From an uncultured virus (IMG/VR IMGVR_UViG_3300032293_002550) (lineage: Duplodnaviria; Heunggongvirae; Uroviricota; Caudoviricetes), in IMG/VR virus record IMGVR_UViG_3300032293_002550: 64,000 bases of DNA; one strand, 5' to 3'. Position numbers and translations under genes: made by a program. The notes under the pieces are model-generated. The model ran no database searches and was not told where the DNA came from. It was given only the letters and a program-made list of their open reading frames with translations. Below, one piece after another: positions 28,560 to 38,512 of the stretch (positions within the stretch are counted from its first letter, which is position 1; every line of letters begins with the position of its first letter).

Positions 28560-30056
28560 ATGGATAATCCATTATTAGAAAAATTTGTTTTCAAAGGGAT
28601 TAAGGGAAAAGAAAGACCTTTAACTGTTGTGATCCTAACAACCAAACTCGGTAAGGGCATCAAATATGCTCCAACCACTGAAAAGATCATGAAGATCTGC
28701 GAAAGTAGGGGAGTTAAATGTATTATAGTTGATACAGAGAAAGGTTCAATTCAAAAAACTCCAAAAGGGACTTATTTAATTTCGAGTAGAGGAGATAAAC
28801 AACAAGAAATATTTCTGGATAGAACAATCGTACTCACAAGGAGATCGTCCATAAAGAACAACGCTGCAAAGGGTTTTTTCAAAAAGATGGAGGATCTAGG
28901 TTTCCCCTGTGTAAACTCTTATGACTCTGTTATCACTTGTGAAGATAAATTGCAAACTACAAGAAAACTCCAACTTAACAATATTCCGGTTCCTAAGACT
29001 TCACTAATCTCTTCTGAGGCAGATATTGACAAGTCAGTTGAAGAGGTAGGTGGTCAATATCCAGTTGTGTGTAAATTTTTATCAGGTACTAAAGGAATTG
29101 GGGTTTTTGTCATCGACTCACGTCCCTCGTTAGTTTCAACCCTTCAAGCGATGTGGCACTTGGCTCCTGGAACGGAGATAGTTTTACAAGAAAAAATAGA
29201 AGCTGATTACGATTTAAGAATCCATGTAATTGCAGAATCAGATGGAATGGCTGGCAGGGAATACAAAGTCATCGCAGCCATGAAAAGAATCAAGATAGAA
29301 GGGGACTTTAGAACGAACTTCTCGCTTGGTGGCGCAACTGAAAACGTGGAGCTTTCAAAGGAGATTGAGAAAATAGCAATTGAATCAGCAAAAGCAACTG
29401 GGTGCCTTTGGTGTGGTGTCGACATCATTGTTATGAAATACAAAGATGGCGATGGGGAAGAAAAACCGTATGTGCTAGAGGTCAATGCTTCTCCAGGAAC
29501 AACAGGAATCGAAAAAACAACCGACATTCCTGTAACTGATATCATCTTGGACTTTCTACTCGATAGAAAGAACTGGGTGAAACCTAAGAAAGTCACAGGA
29601 TTTAGAGAAATGATAGGAATCTCTGGAGTTGGAACATTTGTTGGAAAATTGGACACAGGAAATGGAGCCACGTCTTGTAGTCTCCATGCAGACATTATTG
29701 AAGAAATTGATGGCAGTGTTCATTGGAAGCTTGGCAACCACGAATTTGTCAACAAAATAGTTGGACAATCAAAAGCTGAGGTGGGTGAAAAAATTCACCA
29801 TAGAGCAGTAATCAACCTTGATGTTGACTTCAATGGAACAATTTATAAGAAAGTTAAATTTTCGCTTGTTGATAGAACAGAAAAAAGTACACCATTGTTG
29901 CTCAATAGAGACTTCTTGAGTTCTGCAGGTCTCATCGTAGATCCATCTGAAGACTTTGTACTTACTGATAGACCATCAGGCTATTCACCAAAAGATGCAA
30001 AAGGAGATCCAATAGCAGGAGTAGAGGTGGTCAAATCAAATGGGACCAAGATATAG
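28560..30056 (+). CDS. rimK: RimK-family ATP-grasp ligase fused to a C-terminal retropepsin-like (RimB-type) protease
   Basis: DKLQT, PVVCKFLSGTKGIGV, QEKI, DLRIHV, FRTNFSLGG, CGVDI, LEVNASPG; then GKLDTGNGATSCSLHA...FSLVDRTEKSTPLLLNRDFL. Confidence 0.85.
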   Translation: MDNPLLEKFVFKGIKGKERPLTVVILTTKLGKGIKYAPTTEKIMKICESRGVKCIIVDTEKGSIQKTPKGTYLISSRGDKQQEIFLDRTIVLTRRSSIKNNAAKGFFKKMEDLGFPCVNSYDSVITCEDKLQTTRKLQLNNIPVPKTSLISSEADIDKSVEEVGGQYPVVCKFLSGTKGIGVFVIDSRPSLVSTLQAMWHLAPGTEIVLQEKIEADYDLRIHVIAESDGMAGREYKVIAAMKRIKIEGDFRTNFSLGGATENVELSKEIEKIAIESAKATGCLWCGVDIIVMKYKDGDGEEKPYVLEVNASPGTTGIEKTTDIPVTDIILDFLLDRKNWVKPKKVTGFREMIGISGVGTFVGKLDTGNGATSCSLHADIIEEIDGSVHWKLGNHEFVNKIVGQSKAEVGEKIHHRAVINLDVDFNGTIYKKVKFSLVDRTEKSTPLLLNRDFLSSAGLIVDPSEDFVLTDRPSGYSPKDAKGDPIAGVEVVKSNGTKI

Positions 30057-31451
30057 GTCCTTAATTTTTTTTCTATATTCTATTTGATCCTCAACAATCA
30101 TTTGATTTTTGAGAGCAAGCTTAGATCGATCAATGATCGATTCTGGAATCAATCCCTTAAACGTGTCTTTCAAAATTTTCTTGTTCTTCCTCTCTTCAAG
30201 AGGTAACGAAAGGGCGAACCTCACAATGTCATGATTCAAGAATGGACTTCGCAACTCTAAAGTGTGTGCCATTGAGAGTTTGTCAAGTCTAGGCAGATGA
30301 TAATACACCAGCTCATGAAAAATGTCAGAATCTTGTGAATCGTATTCGTTCATTCTTCTATACCCACCAAATAGTTCGTCGGCACCGTCTCCCGAAATTA
30401 CAATTCTAGTATTTGAGCCATTCTTAATTGCTTCAAACAAGTGATATTGAGGTACAACACTGCCCATATCAACCGGAGACTCGTTCCAATCTTTATAAAT
30501 GCTTCGTAAATTTTTTTTACCCTGATCTGATTCCAAATCAATATCGTAATTTAGTCTTGTTGATTTTACACTCCAATAGTTCTCACAGGCCTGTACATAC
30601 TGTTCATCATCACCATTCGATATAGAGTAAAATTGGACATCTGCTCCCAATTTAAGTAATAATCCAGCAATAATTGAAGAATCCAATCCACCTGAAAGTA
30701 GAAGTGACGTTGGATAGTTCTTGGACAACAGTCTAGCTTCTACTGATTGCTCCAACCTGGTCCATAGCCAGTCCATTCTGTCCTCATAGCTTTCTAATCC
30801 AGCCTCAAACGAATAGAAATTATAGTAGGGATCTGAAACCTCCATCTTACTTGGATTGTGGAGATTCCATTTGTAAAATCGATTGGGTTGTAATTTCTTT
30901 ATTCCCGTGTAAGGTGTTTGATCAGTTGTTAAATATCCCCATTTCAAAACACCACTGAAGAATGATGGATCTGGTGGAGGTTCATTGTCTCTCTCAAATA
31001 AACCTTTAATTTCAGAACAAACTTCACCAATCTCATTTTTATAAAGTACCTTTTTTCCTAGAGGATCCGTGAAAGCGTATATTTCTCTTTCTTCAGTATC
31101 AACTAGCACTATAGCCCAAAAACCATCCCATGAAACTACATGTGGCTCATAGATGGCTTGAAGCATGTCTACTCCACTGAAATTAAATGAACTAAAAAGA
31201 TTTTGTAAGTAAGCTGTATCTGAGTCAAACCCCCCACCAAAATTGAAGATCTCACCGTTGAACAACAACCACCTATGCTCACCTATTTGGATTGGTTGAG
31301 ACCAATCGTCACCATCTAGAGTTTGAATAGGTAGTCGGTGGTGCACTAAATAAAGGTTCCGATTGTTAACTACGGAACACTCTGTTCCTCTATGAGAAAT
31401 AGAGCTGATTCTTTCTTGGCTTGGATTCAAAGCCACCAAAATCCCACACAT
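30036..31451 (-). CDS. asnB: Asparagine synthetase-like glutamine amidotransferase
   Basis: N-terminal MCG, HRG, HHRL, FNGEIFNF, LLSGGLDSS, SGDGADELFGGY, ELRSPFL. Confidence 0.9.
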   Translation of the reverse strand: MCGILVALNPSQERISSISHRGTECSVVNNRNLYLVHHRLPIQTLDGDDWSQPIQIGEHRWLLFNGEIFNFGGGFDSDTAYLQNLFSSFNFSGVDMLQAIYEPHVVSWDGFWAIVLVDTEEREIYAFTDPLGKKVLYKNEIGEVCSEIKGLFERDNEPPPDPSFFSGVLKWGYLTTDQTPYTGIKKLQPNRFYKWNLHNPSKMEVSDPYYNFYSFEAGLESYEDRMDWLWTRLEQSVEARLLSKNYPTSLLLSGGLDSSIIAGLLLKLGADVQFYSISNGDDEQYVQACENYWSVKSTRLNYDIDLESDQGKKNLRSIYKDWNESPVDMGSVVPQYHLFEAIKNGSNTRIVISGDGADELFGGYRRMNEYDSQDSDIFHELVYYHLPRLDKLSMAHTLELRSPFLNHDIVRFALSLPLEERKNKKILKDTFKGLIPESIIDRSKLALKNQMIVEDQIEYRKKIKDLYLGPI

Positions 31452-31454
31452 AAA

Positions 31455-31991
31455 TTAAATTTTAGATATTGTCGTTTTAAACCTTATAACGGAGTCTAAA
31501 TCCATGTTGTTACGGAAAACACTCACCCCAACTCCCAAGCTCTGTAGCAAGTAAGAAAACGATGAAAAAAGGGATCTTTCTTCTTCACCTCTCTTCTCAT
31601 CTTCGTCCCATATATCTTTCATTGCTCGTTTGCTGCTCTTTCCCTCTATCAAAATAATTTGACAATCATTGAATAATCCACGCCTGTTAAAGTTTACTAG
31701 ATCCTTTCTAGCTTGTTCCTCTGAAACTCGACCTTGAAAGACCCCCCATACAGAATTAGTTAAAACCCCCCTATCAACGAGCATCTTTGGAAGAAATCCA
31801 TCACGATTTAATTCGTGAAGGATTACCTCCTTGCCTAATCCAAACCAATGAACGTCTGAAGAATCCCTTCTGAAATTCCACTCAGCGAAATTTGCATTGA
31901 AATCAAATTTGTAAACAGGCAAACTTGTTTGTTTTGATAACAAATATGTTTTTCCCGAGCTCCTAGCCCCTTCAATAATAATCAACGACAT
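31455..31991 (-). CDS. Thymidylate/dNMP kinase-like P-loop protein
   Basis: IIIEGARSSGKT and LVDRG. Confidence 0.65.
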   Translation of the reverse strand: MSLIIIEGARSSGKTYLLSKQTSLPVYKFDFNANFAEWNFRRDSSDVHWFGLGKEVILHELNRDGFLPKMLVDRGVLTNSVWGVFQGRVSEEQARKDLVNFNRRGLFNDCQIILIEGKSSKRAMKDIWDEDEKRGEEERSLFSSFSYLLQSLGVGVSVFRNNMDLDSVIRFKTTISKI

Positions 31992-32023
31992 AAAAAAAGG
32001 ATATAATCTTTTGAATTATATCC
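31992..32023 (-). terminator. Putative intrinsic terminator
   Basis: Minus strand GGATATAAT-TCAAAAG-ATTATATCC followed by T7. Confidence 0.55.
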
Positions 32024-32069
32024 CAATATATGATTTTATTTCGTTGGTCAGCAACAAAGAATATTTGGA

Positions 32070-33974
32070 CTATTTAAGTTTAGGATTTATTTGTTTTAGT
32101 GGCTCAAACTTTATGAGTTCAAGTGGTGTGAATCTCTTCTTACCTTTGAATTTGTCAAAGTTAGCAAAAGCATCTTGACCTTTGATTTCCCATGTTCCTT
32201 TATACTGTGCATCTGCATCGTCGGAAAGAAGAAGATAAACAGATGCATCTTGGTAGATCTGTATCGATGGAAACCCTTTGTTTGGATTGGATAAAATTTC
32301 TATGAACTTTTCAACTCGATTCGGGGCCCAAGTATACAAAGCTATTGTGGGCTTCATTCCAGGAGCTCCTGGTTTTCCCAGCATGGATTTCCTCAACGAG
32401 GTCATATATTCGAGTGTTAACCACTTTTCCCCCCTCACCTTTTTACAAGCATTATCGATGAATTCAATTATATTCTCCACATTCACATACTCGTAATCGT
32501 ATTGTACCCCATCATTTGCAGTAAATTCTCCCAAGTTTCCTCTTGAGTTTGTCTTGAAACTTCCCAATTCAAGTGGCACCGACCCATCTTTCCACAGAGG
32601 ATCGTAGGCTTTGAGCTCGACCTTTTTATCCTTAGGATAGTAATATATTAGAAATTCGTAAGCAGCTTTTTGGTCTTTTGTTAACCAATATCTTGTATTA
32701 GCTTGTGACGCTTCAGCTTGGGTGAGATTGACACCATTCACCTTCCAATTTTGCACAAAAGAGGTTTTGTCAAATTCTTCAACTACTTTCGCAAAGGTAG
32801 GATCGCTCTTTTCGAGTGATCCAGTCTCTTCTTGCTTCTTTTTTTCTTGTGAATTCCCACTAGATCCAGTGCCTTTGGATTTATTTGACTTATCCTTGAT
32901 AAACTGTTTCATTGCTTCGAGATCACCCTCACTCCCGTTATCCTCTAGAATAGCTCTTTTTTTTCCTAGGAAGTCTCCGAAAGACAAGAGTTTTCCCCTA
33001 TTTGAATTCACAAGTGACTCGGTCATGACTTTTGATTGTGAAAGTTTATCAACTAATTCCTGAGTTAAGTCGCCTGTATCATCCGCTAATTTATAATATT
33101 TTTTGAGAGCTTGTATACAAAATGTTCTATTTGGACCAATATGCAGAGCCTTGGGAGTACAAAATGCAGAAGCTTTCCATTGTGGGGTTGATGTCAAGGT
33201 CTTGGATCCTTTCCATTTCTCACAAATTAGAGCATATATTTTCTTGGCCAACTCTTTATTCTCATCAGTTTGCTTGTAGCCTACTTTCAATGGACTAGGC
33301 AGTTTGATGCTTGAAGTGGTAGTTGCTCCAGTCCCACCTGTCGCACCACCTTGATTTTGATCAACGTAGATTTGAGAAATATCTAGCAAGAGCTTATTCA
33401 AAAGGGGAATAGCATCTTGGAAACATTTCTCAGCAGAGTCTAATGGACGTTCAATATCGGGATACTCTTTTTTTACACCCTCGTCTTTATTCTCTGTTCC
33501 AATTTCTTTTGAATAGTTTTGGACAGATGCTGAGAAATCATCCAAAATATCTTGGTATTGTTCTCTGAAAGAAGCTATAATATTTTCATCTTCCGTTCCT
33601 GCTTCAAGCTTTCTGCCTTCTCCCCGATTTTGTCTGTATTGGGCTTCCCCAATCAAAAATGAAACCCTATCAAGTTGGGTTGAGAAAACTTTATTGTATT
33701 TTTCAGCTGCTTTCTTACCACCCAAAGTTTTGCTATCTATTCTTGTTTGGCAATCAACTATTTGTGAAATGATCCCGTTTTTGAGGGCTTCTAAGGCTTT
33801 CAAAAATTTATTGAGGTTGAAATCCTCTCCCTCTTCTTCGAACCCTTTACTCCTTCTTTCCTCTTTCCTTTTTTCTCTTCTTTTTCTCCTAGTATCTTTA
33901 TCCTCAGAGATGGAAGTAGAAGAACTTTTCTTCATGTCCTCTAGTAACCTGCTAAAAGTAGTGCTTAGTTTCAT
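32070..33974 (-). CDS. Large putative internal head protein
   Basis: 634 aa; in the capsid-downstream operon; internal LLSFGDF...ILED motif; a possible degenerate peptidoglycan-binding segment. Confidence 0.55.
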   Translation of the reverse strand: MKLSTTFSRLLEDMKKSSSTSISEDKDTRRKRREKRKEERRSKGFEEEGEDFNLNKFLKALEALKNGIISQIVDCQTRIDSKTLGGKKAAEKYNKVFSTQLDRVSFLIGEAQYRQNRGEGRKLEAGTEDENIIASFREQYQDILDDFSASVQNYSKEIGTENKDEGVKKEYPDIERPLDSAEKCFQDAIPLLNKLLLDISQIYVDQNQGGATGGTGATTTSSIKLPSPLKVGYKQTDENKELAKKIYALICEKWKGSKTLTSTPQWKASAFCTPKALHIGPNRTFCIQALKKYYKLADDTGDLTQELVDKLSQSKVMTESLVNSNRGKLLSFGDFLGKKRAILEDNGSEGDLEAMKQFIKDKSNKSKGTGSSGNSQEKKKQEETGSLEKSDPTFAKVVEEFDKTSFVQNWKVNGVNLTQAEASQANTRYWLTKDQKAAYEFLIYYYPKDKKVELKAYDPLWKDGSVPLELGSFKTNSRGNLGEFTANDGVQYDYEYVNVENIIEFIDNACKKVRGEKWLTLEYMTSLRKSMLGKPGAPGMKPTIALYTWAPNRVEKFIEILSNPNKGFPSIQIYQDASVYLLLSDDADAQYKGTWEIKGQDAFANFDKFKGKKRFTPLELIKFEPLKQINPKLK

Positions 33975-33981
33975 TTTTGAA

Positions 33982-34524
33982 TTATTTTTTTGCTTTACTA
34001 ACTAGATCTTGGAGTTTTTTGATTGTTTCCCTGAATTGGTCCATTTGATCACCAATCTTTTTGTTAATTGCTTGGAGAATTTCGGGCTTTTTGATGTGAT
34101 CACTCCCTTGTTTTTCAACCTCATTCCATGCTTGTAAGATGAAGGTGAATCCCTCATCTACTTTCTCATAATACTCCTTCATCATTTCCCATTTCTTATG
34201 TTTTTTAGCAATTTCGAGGTTTTGTTTCCAAATTCCATATAAAGCCGTTTTGAGAGATTCAACTGAAGTCTGTTTATCAAGCGTGTCGACAGATTTAGTT
34301 AATACCTCAGATACCTCTTTCGCCATGTCTTCAAGAGGAGAGCCTGTGGCATACTTAACAATAGCTTGATAGAGTCTGTCAACCACCTTGGTGAGAAATT
34401 GTTCGGTTTGTGCCGCATCTAACTTATCAGAGGTTTGTTCGTAAATCTGAAATTTTGGGCTGAAGTTAAATTTCTGAGCTTGTTGTGTTAGTGATTCAAA
34501 AACTGGATTGTAGTAGTTCTTCAT
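33982..34524 (-). CDS. Hypothetical helical protein
   Basis: MKNYYNPVFESL; late motif upstream. Confidence 0.7.
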   Translation of the reverse strand: MKNYYNPVFESLTQQAQKFNFSPKFQIYEQTSDKLDAAQTEQFLTKVVDRLYQAIVKYATGSPLEDMAKEVSEVLTKSVDTLDKQTSVESLKTALYGIWKQNLEIAKKHKKWEMMKEYYEKVDEGFTFILQAWNEVEKQGSDHIKKPEILQAINKKIGDQMDQFRETIKKLQDLVSKAKK

Positions 34525-34544
34525 CGTTGTTTTTTGTATATATT

Positions 34545-34826
34545 CTATTTTTGGAGACTTTCCATCTTTTTCAAGGCTTGAGATTTCTTTTGAAACTCCG
34601 CCACCTTTTTTTGTAATTCTATAGCCTGTTGACCAAAAGATTCGCTTTTCTTTAAACTTCCATCCTTTTCTCTTTTAGCCAAGTTAGCCAAGGCCAAATC
34701 AATATCAGACAATCTTTTGTCGATTTCCATAATTTCTTTCTCCACTGTGGTTTTAGCCTGGAGATCTTTTACCTTATCTTGAGTAGATTGTTCCGCTAAA
34801 AATTCATGCATCCTAAAGATTCGCAT
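34545..34826 (-). CDS. Small coiled-coil protein with CTS-like N-terminus
   Basis: MRIFRMHEFLAEQ. Confidence 0.7.
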   Translation of the reverse strand: MRIFRMHEFLAEQSTQDKVKDLQAKTTVEKEIMEIDKRLSDIDLALANLAKREKDGSLKKSESFGQQAIELQKKVAEFQKKSQALKKMESLQK

Positions 34827-35676
34827 ATTTTCTTTTCTTTATTTCTTTTTCTAAAATGAAAATTTTGGATCTAAGCTTTTCTATAGGCTTCGATAATTGG
34901 TATCTAAGTCTAACTTCCTCCTCTTCAAAGTAGGGAACTAGGTGTGATTGACCATCCTTCAAAGCTTTTTTCTTATCTTTTCTGAGTTGGTCTATCTCTT
35001 GAGTGTACTTAATATCAAGATCGAAAGAAAGATCCTTCATCTCCTTGTATGTTGCATAGAGTGAGTCGTCATCCAAGCTTCTAAAATAGTCAATAGCCTC
35101 TTTATTACTTGAATCTATGATGTTAATAATTTCAGTATCCACATCCATTGAAATTTCCTTGGTGTCCCTAGTTCTTTGTTCGAAGTCAGTATAAAATTCA
35201 GTCTTTTTAGTGGCATCTCTAACTAGGGCATCAAACTCGGCATTCAATTGATCCAAATAAGTCTTTTCCTTATATGGTTTTAGGCCTTTGATTAGAGTCT
35301 CAGTCACTTCCTGCTCTATTCTTGCCAATCCAGCACTAAAGAAGGCTTGGAGTTTTGTGTCACCATCTATGATTTTGTTTCCCTCCTTCACCAATGAATC
35401 TAATTCTTGCTTTTTCATTGACGTGTATGTACGGGACTGCCTATTCAAATTGGTGACTTGGAATCTATATTCTGGGGTATTTTCTTTGGGTAGATTCCAT
35501 AGTTCCTTTTCTACACCAATCGTGTGTTTGACATCCTCTTCTCTGGCCTTCTTTATATCTTTTAGCAATGACTCAAGTTTACTCTTCTTACTCTTAAATA
35601 GATTTCCTATCCCACCAAAAAGTGAGGACAAAAAAGATTCGTTCAGATCAAATTCGTGTAACCTTTGGATTCTCAT
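34813..35676 (-). CDS. Coiled-coil putative internal head protein
   Basis: MRIQRLHEFDLNESFLSSLFGGIG. Confidence 0.7.
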   Translation of the reverse strand: MRIQRLHEFDLNESFLSSLFGGIGNLFKSKKSKLESLLKDIKKAREEDVKHTIGVEKELWNLPKENTPEYRFQVTNLNRQSRTYTSMKKQELDSLVKEGNKIIDGDTKLQAFFSAGLARIEQEVTETLIKGLKPYKEKTYLDQLNAEFDALVRDATKKTEFYTDFEQRTRDTKEISMDVDTEIINIIDSSNKEAIDYFRSLDDDSLYATYKEMKDLSFDLDIKYTQEIDQLRKDKKKALKDGQSHLVPYFEEEEVRLRYQLSKPIEKLRSKIFILEKEIKKRKYANL

Positions 35677-35678
35677 TC

Positions 35679-36641
35679 TTAGGTAATTTTAACATAGGCT
35701 CTTTCCAGATCTTTAGCCAATTTTTCCCTCTCAAGATAAAGATTATGAAGGGCTTTCTTTCTCTCTTCAGAATATGTAGAAAATTCTGGAGCCAGGATAG
35801 CGTCTTCAATATCATATTGAAGTTTTTCTAGATCTCTTCTCACTGCTACGAATCCTCCTGGAGTACCTCTTATTCTTTCCAATCTCTGATGTAATTCTTT
35901 TTCAGGACTTTCTGTATAAGAAAAACTTCCTGATGGTGCAGATCCTCCTGTGAGGTTGTTGACCTGTTTTTGGGCAGCTGCAGCTGCTGCTTCAGCTTGT
36001 TTTTTCGTATCATCAATATCCACACCAAAGAATTCCTCTAAATCTCTACTTCTCTGAGAGCTTTTAGCGGTCACAGCTTTGATTTTTTCGTATCTGTCAT
36101 TTTTCGTCTCTAGAACATCAGTTGCTCTTTGAGCGTTGAAATATCTTTTCTTTCTTTTATTATCCCCAACTAAACCCTTGATTTTCTCTTCTAAAGCATC
36201 AAAAATTTCGTTGTGCATTTTAGTAAGCTCTTTCATTCTGGTATTAAGAGCATTCATTCCAGATGAGATATCCTTGCTCATCTCTGAGAAGTTGGGATTA
36301 TTTTTATCCTTTTCTAATTGTTTTTCGTCTTGTAGTAAGCTATAAAACTCATTATAAATTTGAAATTCTTCTCTGTTGAACTTGAGCTCCTGTTCTCTCA
36401 TTTGTGATAGAACAGTACGTATTTTACTTATATCACCTCCGAAAGCACCTCCCAAGAAATTGATAATTCTTTCTCCCAATCCCTCATTGAGTTCAGCCAA
36501 AGACAACCGAAGTTGTCCTTCTGACAGGGTCTTGAAATCAGGGTCTTTCTTTAGTGTTCCCAAAGCTGATTCTACGTCACCTCCATTTTCAATAAGAAGA
36601 TGCTTGGCTTTATTGAATTGATTTAAACTTTCAAATAACAT
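35679..36641 (-). CDS. Coiled-coil putative internal head protein
   Basis: LNEGLGERIINFLGGAFGG; first gene after the capsid terminator, with its own late motif. Confidence 0.7.
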   Translation of the reverse strand: MLFESLNQFNKAKHLLIENGGDVESALGTLKKDPDFKTLSEGQLRLSLAELNEGLGERIINFLGGAFGGDISKIRTVLSQMREQELKFNREEFQIYNEFYSLLQDEKQLEKDKNNPNFSEMSKDISSGMNALNTRMKELTKMHNEIFDALEEKIKGLVGDNKRKKRYFNAQRATDVLETKNDRYEKIKAVTAKSSQRSRDLEEFFGVDIDDTKKQAEAAAAAAQKQVNNLTGGSAPSGSFSYTESPEKELHQRLERIRGTPGGFVAVRRDLEKLQYDIEDAILAPEFSTYSEERKKALHNLYLEREKLAKDLERAYVKIT

Positions 36642-36684
36642 GATTGTGTTTTTCTTTATATATCCCTGTCTATGAAAAAAAGCA

Positions 36685-36714
36685 AATAAAAAAGGGTCTC
36701 CGAAGAGACCCTTT
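36685..36714 (-). terminator. Intrinsic terminator of the major capsid gene with a cUUCGg tetraloop
   Basis: Minus strand AAAGGGTCTC-TTCG-GAGACCCTTT-TTTATTT. Confidence 0.9.
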
Positions 36715-36740
36715 CCTGTAATTATCCTATTCTAAATTAA

Positions 36741-38501
36741 TTAGATGATAGAAGTTGCTGAACCAGTGTTAACGTGGAAGCAGAAGTACATTGTTTCTGG
36801 AAGGTGTCCAGCCTCTACTAGAGAGTAACGTGACTTTACTGCGATTTTCGGTGACATTGTCCCTTCAGAGATTGTCTGAATAGACTCTGCCATCATGTAA
36901 GGCATGAATTTCATACCTGGCTCATCGTCAGCACCTTTTCTTCCAACCAATACTCTTGTATCACCGAATGACATGTTCTGATCAACATAAACTGTCATAC
37001 CAGCAAGTGAACCAACTGGATAAAGTGTACCGTTGTTCTGAGTAAGAGTGTTAGTGAATGGAGCGAAAGTGAACTGGCTGATGTCTTGCAAAGCAGAAGC
37101 GATTTGAGAGTTTGTAACGATGAAGTTAGCAGGACCTCTACGACCTCTGTTAGCAACCACGTTAGCAGCAGCAAGGATACGGCTATAAAGTCTTCTTTGA
37201 ACTGTTGATAAGTTCTCGAAAGTACTTGAAGCAGGACCAGCTACTGAACCAGGAGCTCCTGTAATTGAAGAACCAGTTTTGCCAATGTAAGCAGGAACTG
37301 AGTAAGCAGAAGCAAGACCACCAATTACAAGGTTCAAGTTAAGGTTTGTACTTTCAGTTGTGAAGAACTGAGCGTGGTTTGACCAACCAAGAGCAAAACC
37401 TCTTGAAAGGATGTGCTTGTTGATAGCTTGAGAAACCTCGTTTACAAGAGCATTCTCGATCATAGAAACTACGTCGATACCGAACTGCTTGTTAAGGTCT
37501 TGGATTTGCTCAGTTGTCACAGAAGCAGCAACTTGGAAAGTACCAGCCTCAACGAATTTAGTGAAGGTAGAAAGACCTAGTGACTTGTAATAGTTAGACT
37601 CGGCTGTTCCTCTTAACATAGGATCGTAGTTCTGAGTACCATCCACGTAAGGTCCTTGCCAGTTGTTAGTGTTGTTTGGACCAGCACCAGAGAAACCTTG
37701 GATGTGATCTTCAAGAGTTTTAACTAGAACTGCTGAACCACCTGAGAAAGCAAGTACGTTACCAGAAACAGTCATTGTCTGGTCGTTAGCCTGGCTCGAA
37801 GCCAAACGAATTTCTGAGTTAGCTGTAACAACGTCTGCGATTGAATTACCAGAAGTCATTGCAGTGATTTGAAAAATTGGGAAACCATCGATACGAGAGT
37901 AACCAACAAATTTACCTTTAGCTGAATCGTTAGCTACAACAGCACCAGTAACAGCGATAATGTAATAGCTACCAACTGTTAGAGTTCCAAATACTGGAGA
38001 AGTAACTGCGATAGGAACTTTGATTACGTCAGGAGTGTTAGCAGTAAAGTTGGTAGTCGTGTCTGTTGAAGTACCAGACAAAGTACCACCTGCATACACA
38101 TAGTCAAGGTAAGAAAGTACCCCTGTAGGACCAGCCATAGGAATAACAGGAACAATGTCAAAACCAACGGTTTTAGCAGCTACCTGAATAGCCAATGGAA
38201 GTAATGAAGGGAACTTATCACCAGAACCAACATATGGAGTACCAGCGTTGTAAGTGTTGTTGTAGTAAAAACCAGCAGGACCTGCACCAGCAGCACCACC
38301 TGAATAGTTACCTGGAGGCAGGATGTTGCCCATGCCGTTTAGAACAGAAAGAGAGTTATAGGCTCCAGCCGATTCGTTCAATGAGTGGAAATGACAATAT
38401 TTAGAAAGCCATTCAACTTTTGTACGATCAGTCATGCCAGTCTTGCTCTCAATGATTGGAGACCACGTTTCGTAGATCTCGTTTTGATTTAAGAGTTGCA
38501 T
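36741..38501 (-). CDS. Major capsid protein (T4 gp23-like)
   Basis: WSPIIES, VPVIPMAGPTG, EQIQDL...GID, EVSQAINK, RRGPANFIVT, FMPY, PKIAVKSRY; preceded by the prohead protease and followed by a strong terminator. Confidence 0.93.
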   Translation of the reverse strand: MQLLNQNEIYETWSPIIESKTGMTDRTKVEWLSKYCHFHSLNESAGAYNSLSVLNGMGNILPPGNYSGGAAGAGPAGFYYNNTYNAGTPYVGSGDKFPSLLPLAIQVAAKTVGFDIVPVIPMAGPTGVLSYLDYVYAGGTLSGTSTDTTTNFTANTPDVIKVPIAVTSPVFGTLTVGSYYIIAVTGAVVANDSAKGKFVGYSRIDGFPIFQITAMTSGNSIADVVTANSEIRLASSQANDQTMTVSGNVLAFSGGSAVLVKTLEDHIQGFSGAGPNNTNNWQGPYVDGTQNYDPMLRGTAESNYYKSLGLSTFTKFVEAGTFQVAASVTTEQIQDLNKQFGIDVVSMIENALVNEVSQAINKHILSRGFALGWSNHAQFFTTESTNLNLNLVIGGLASAYSVPAYIGKTGSSITGAPGSVAGPASSTFENLSTVQRRLYSRILAAANVVANRGRRGPANFIVTNSQIASALQDISQFTFAPFTNTLTQNNGTLYPVGSLAGMTVYVDQNMSFGDTRVLVGRKGADDEPGMKFMPYMMAESIQTISEGTMSPKIAVKSRYSLVEAGHLPETMYFCFHVNTGSATSII

Positions 38502-38512
38502 TTTTATAGATC

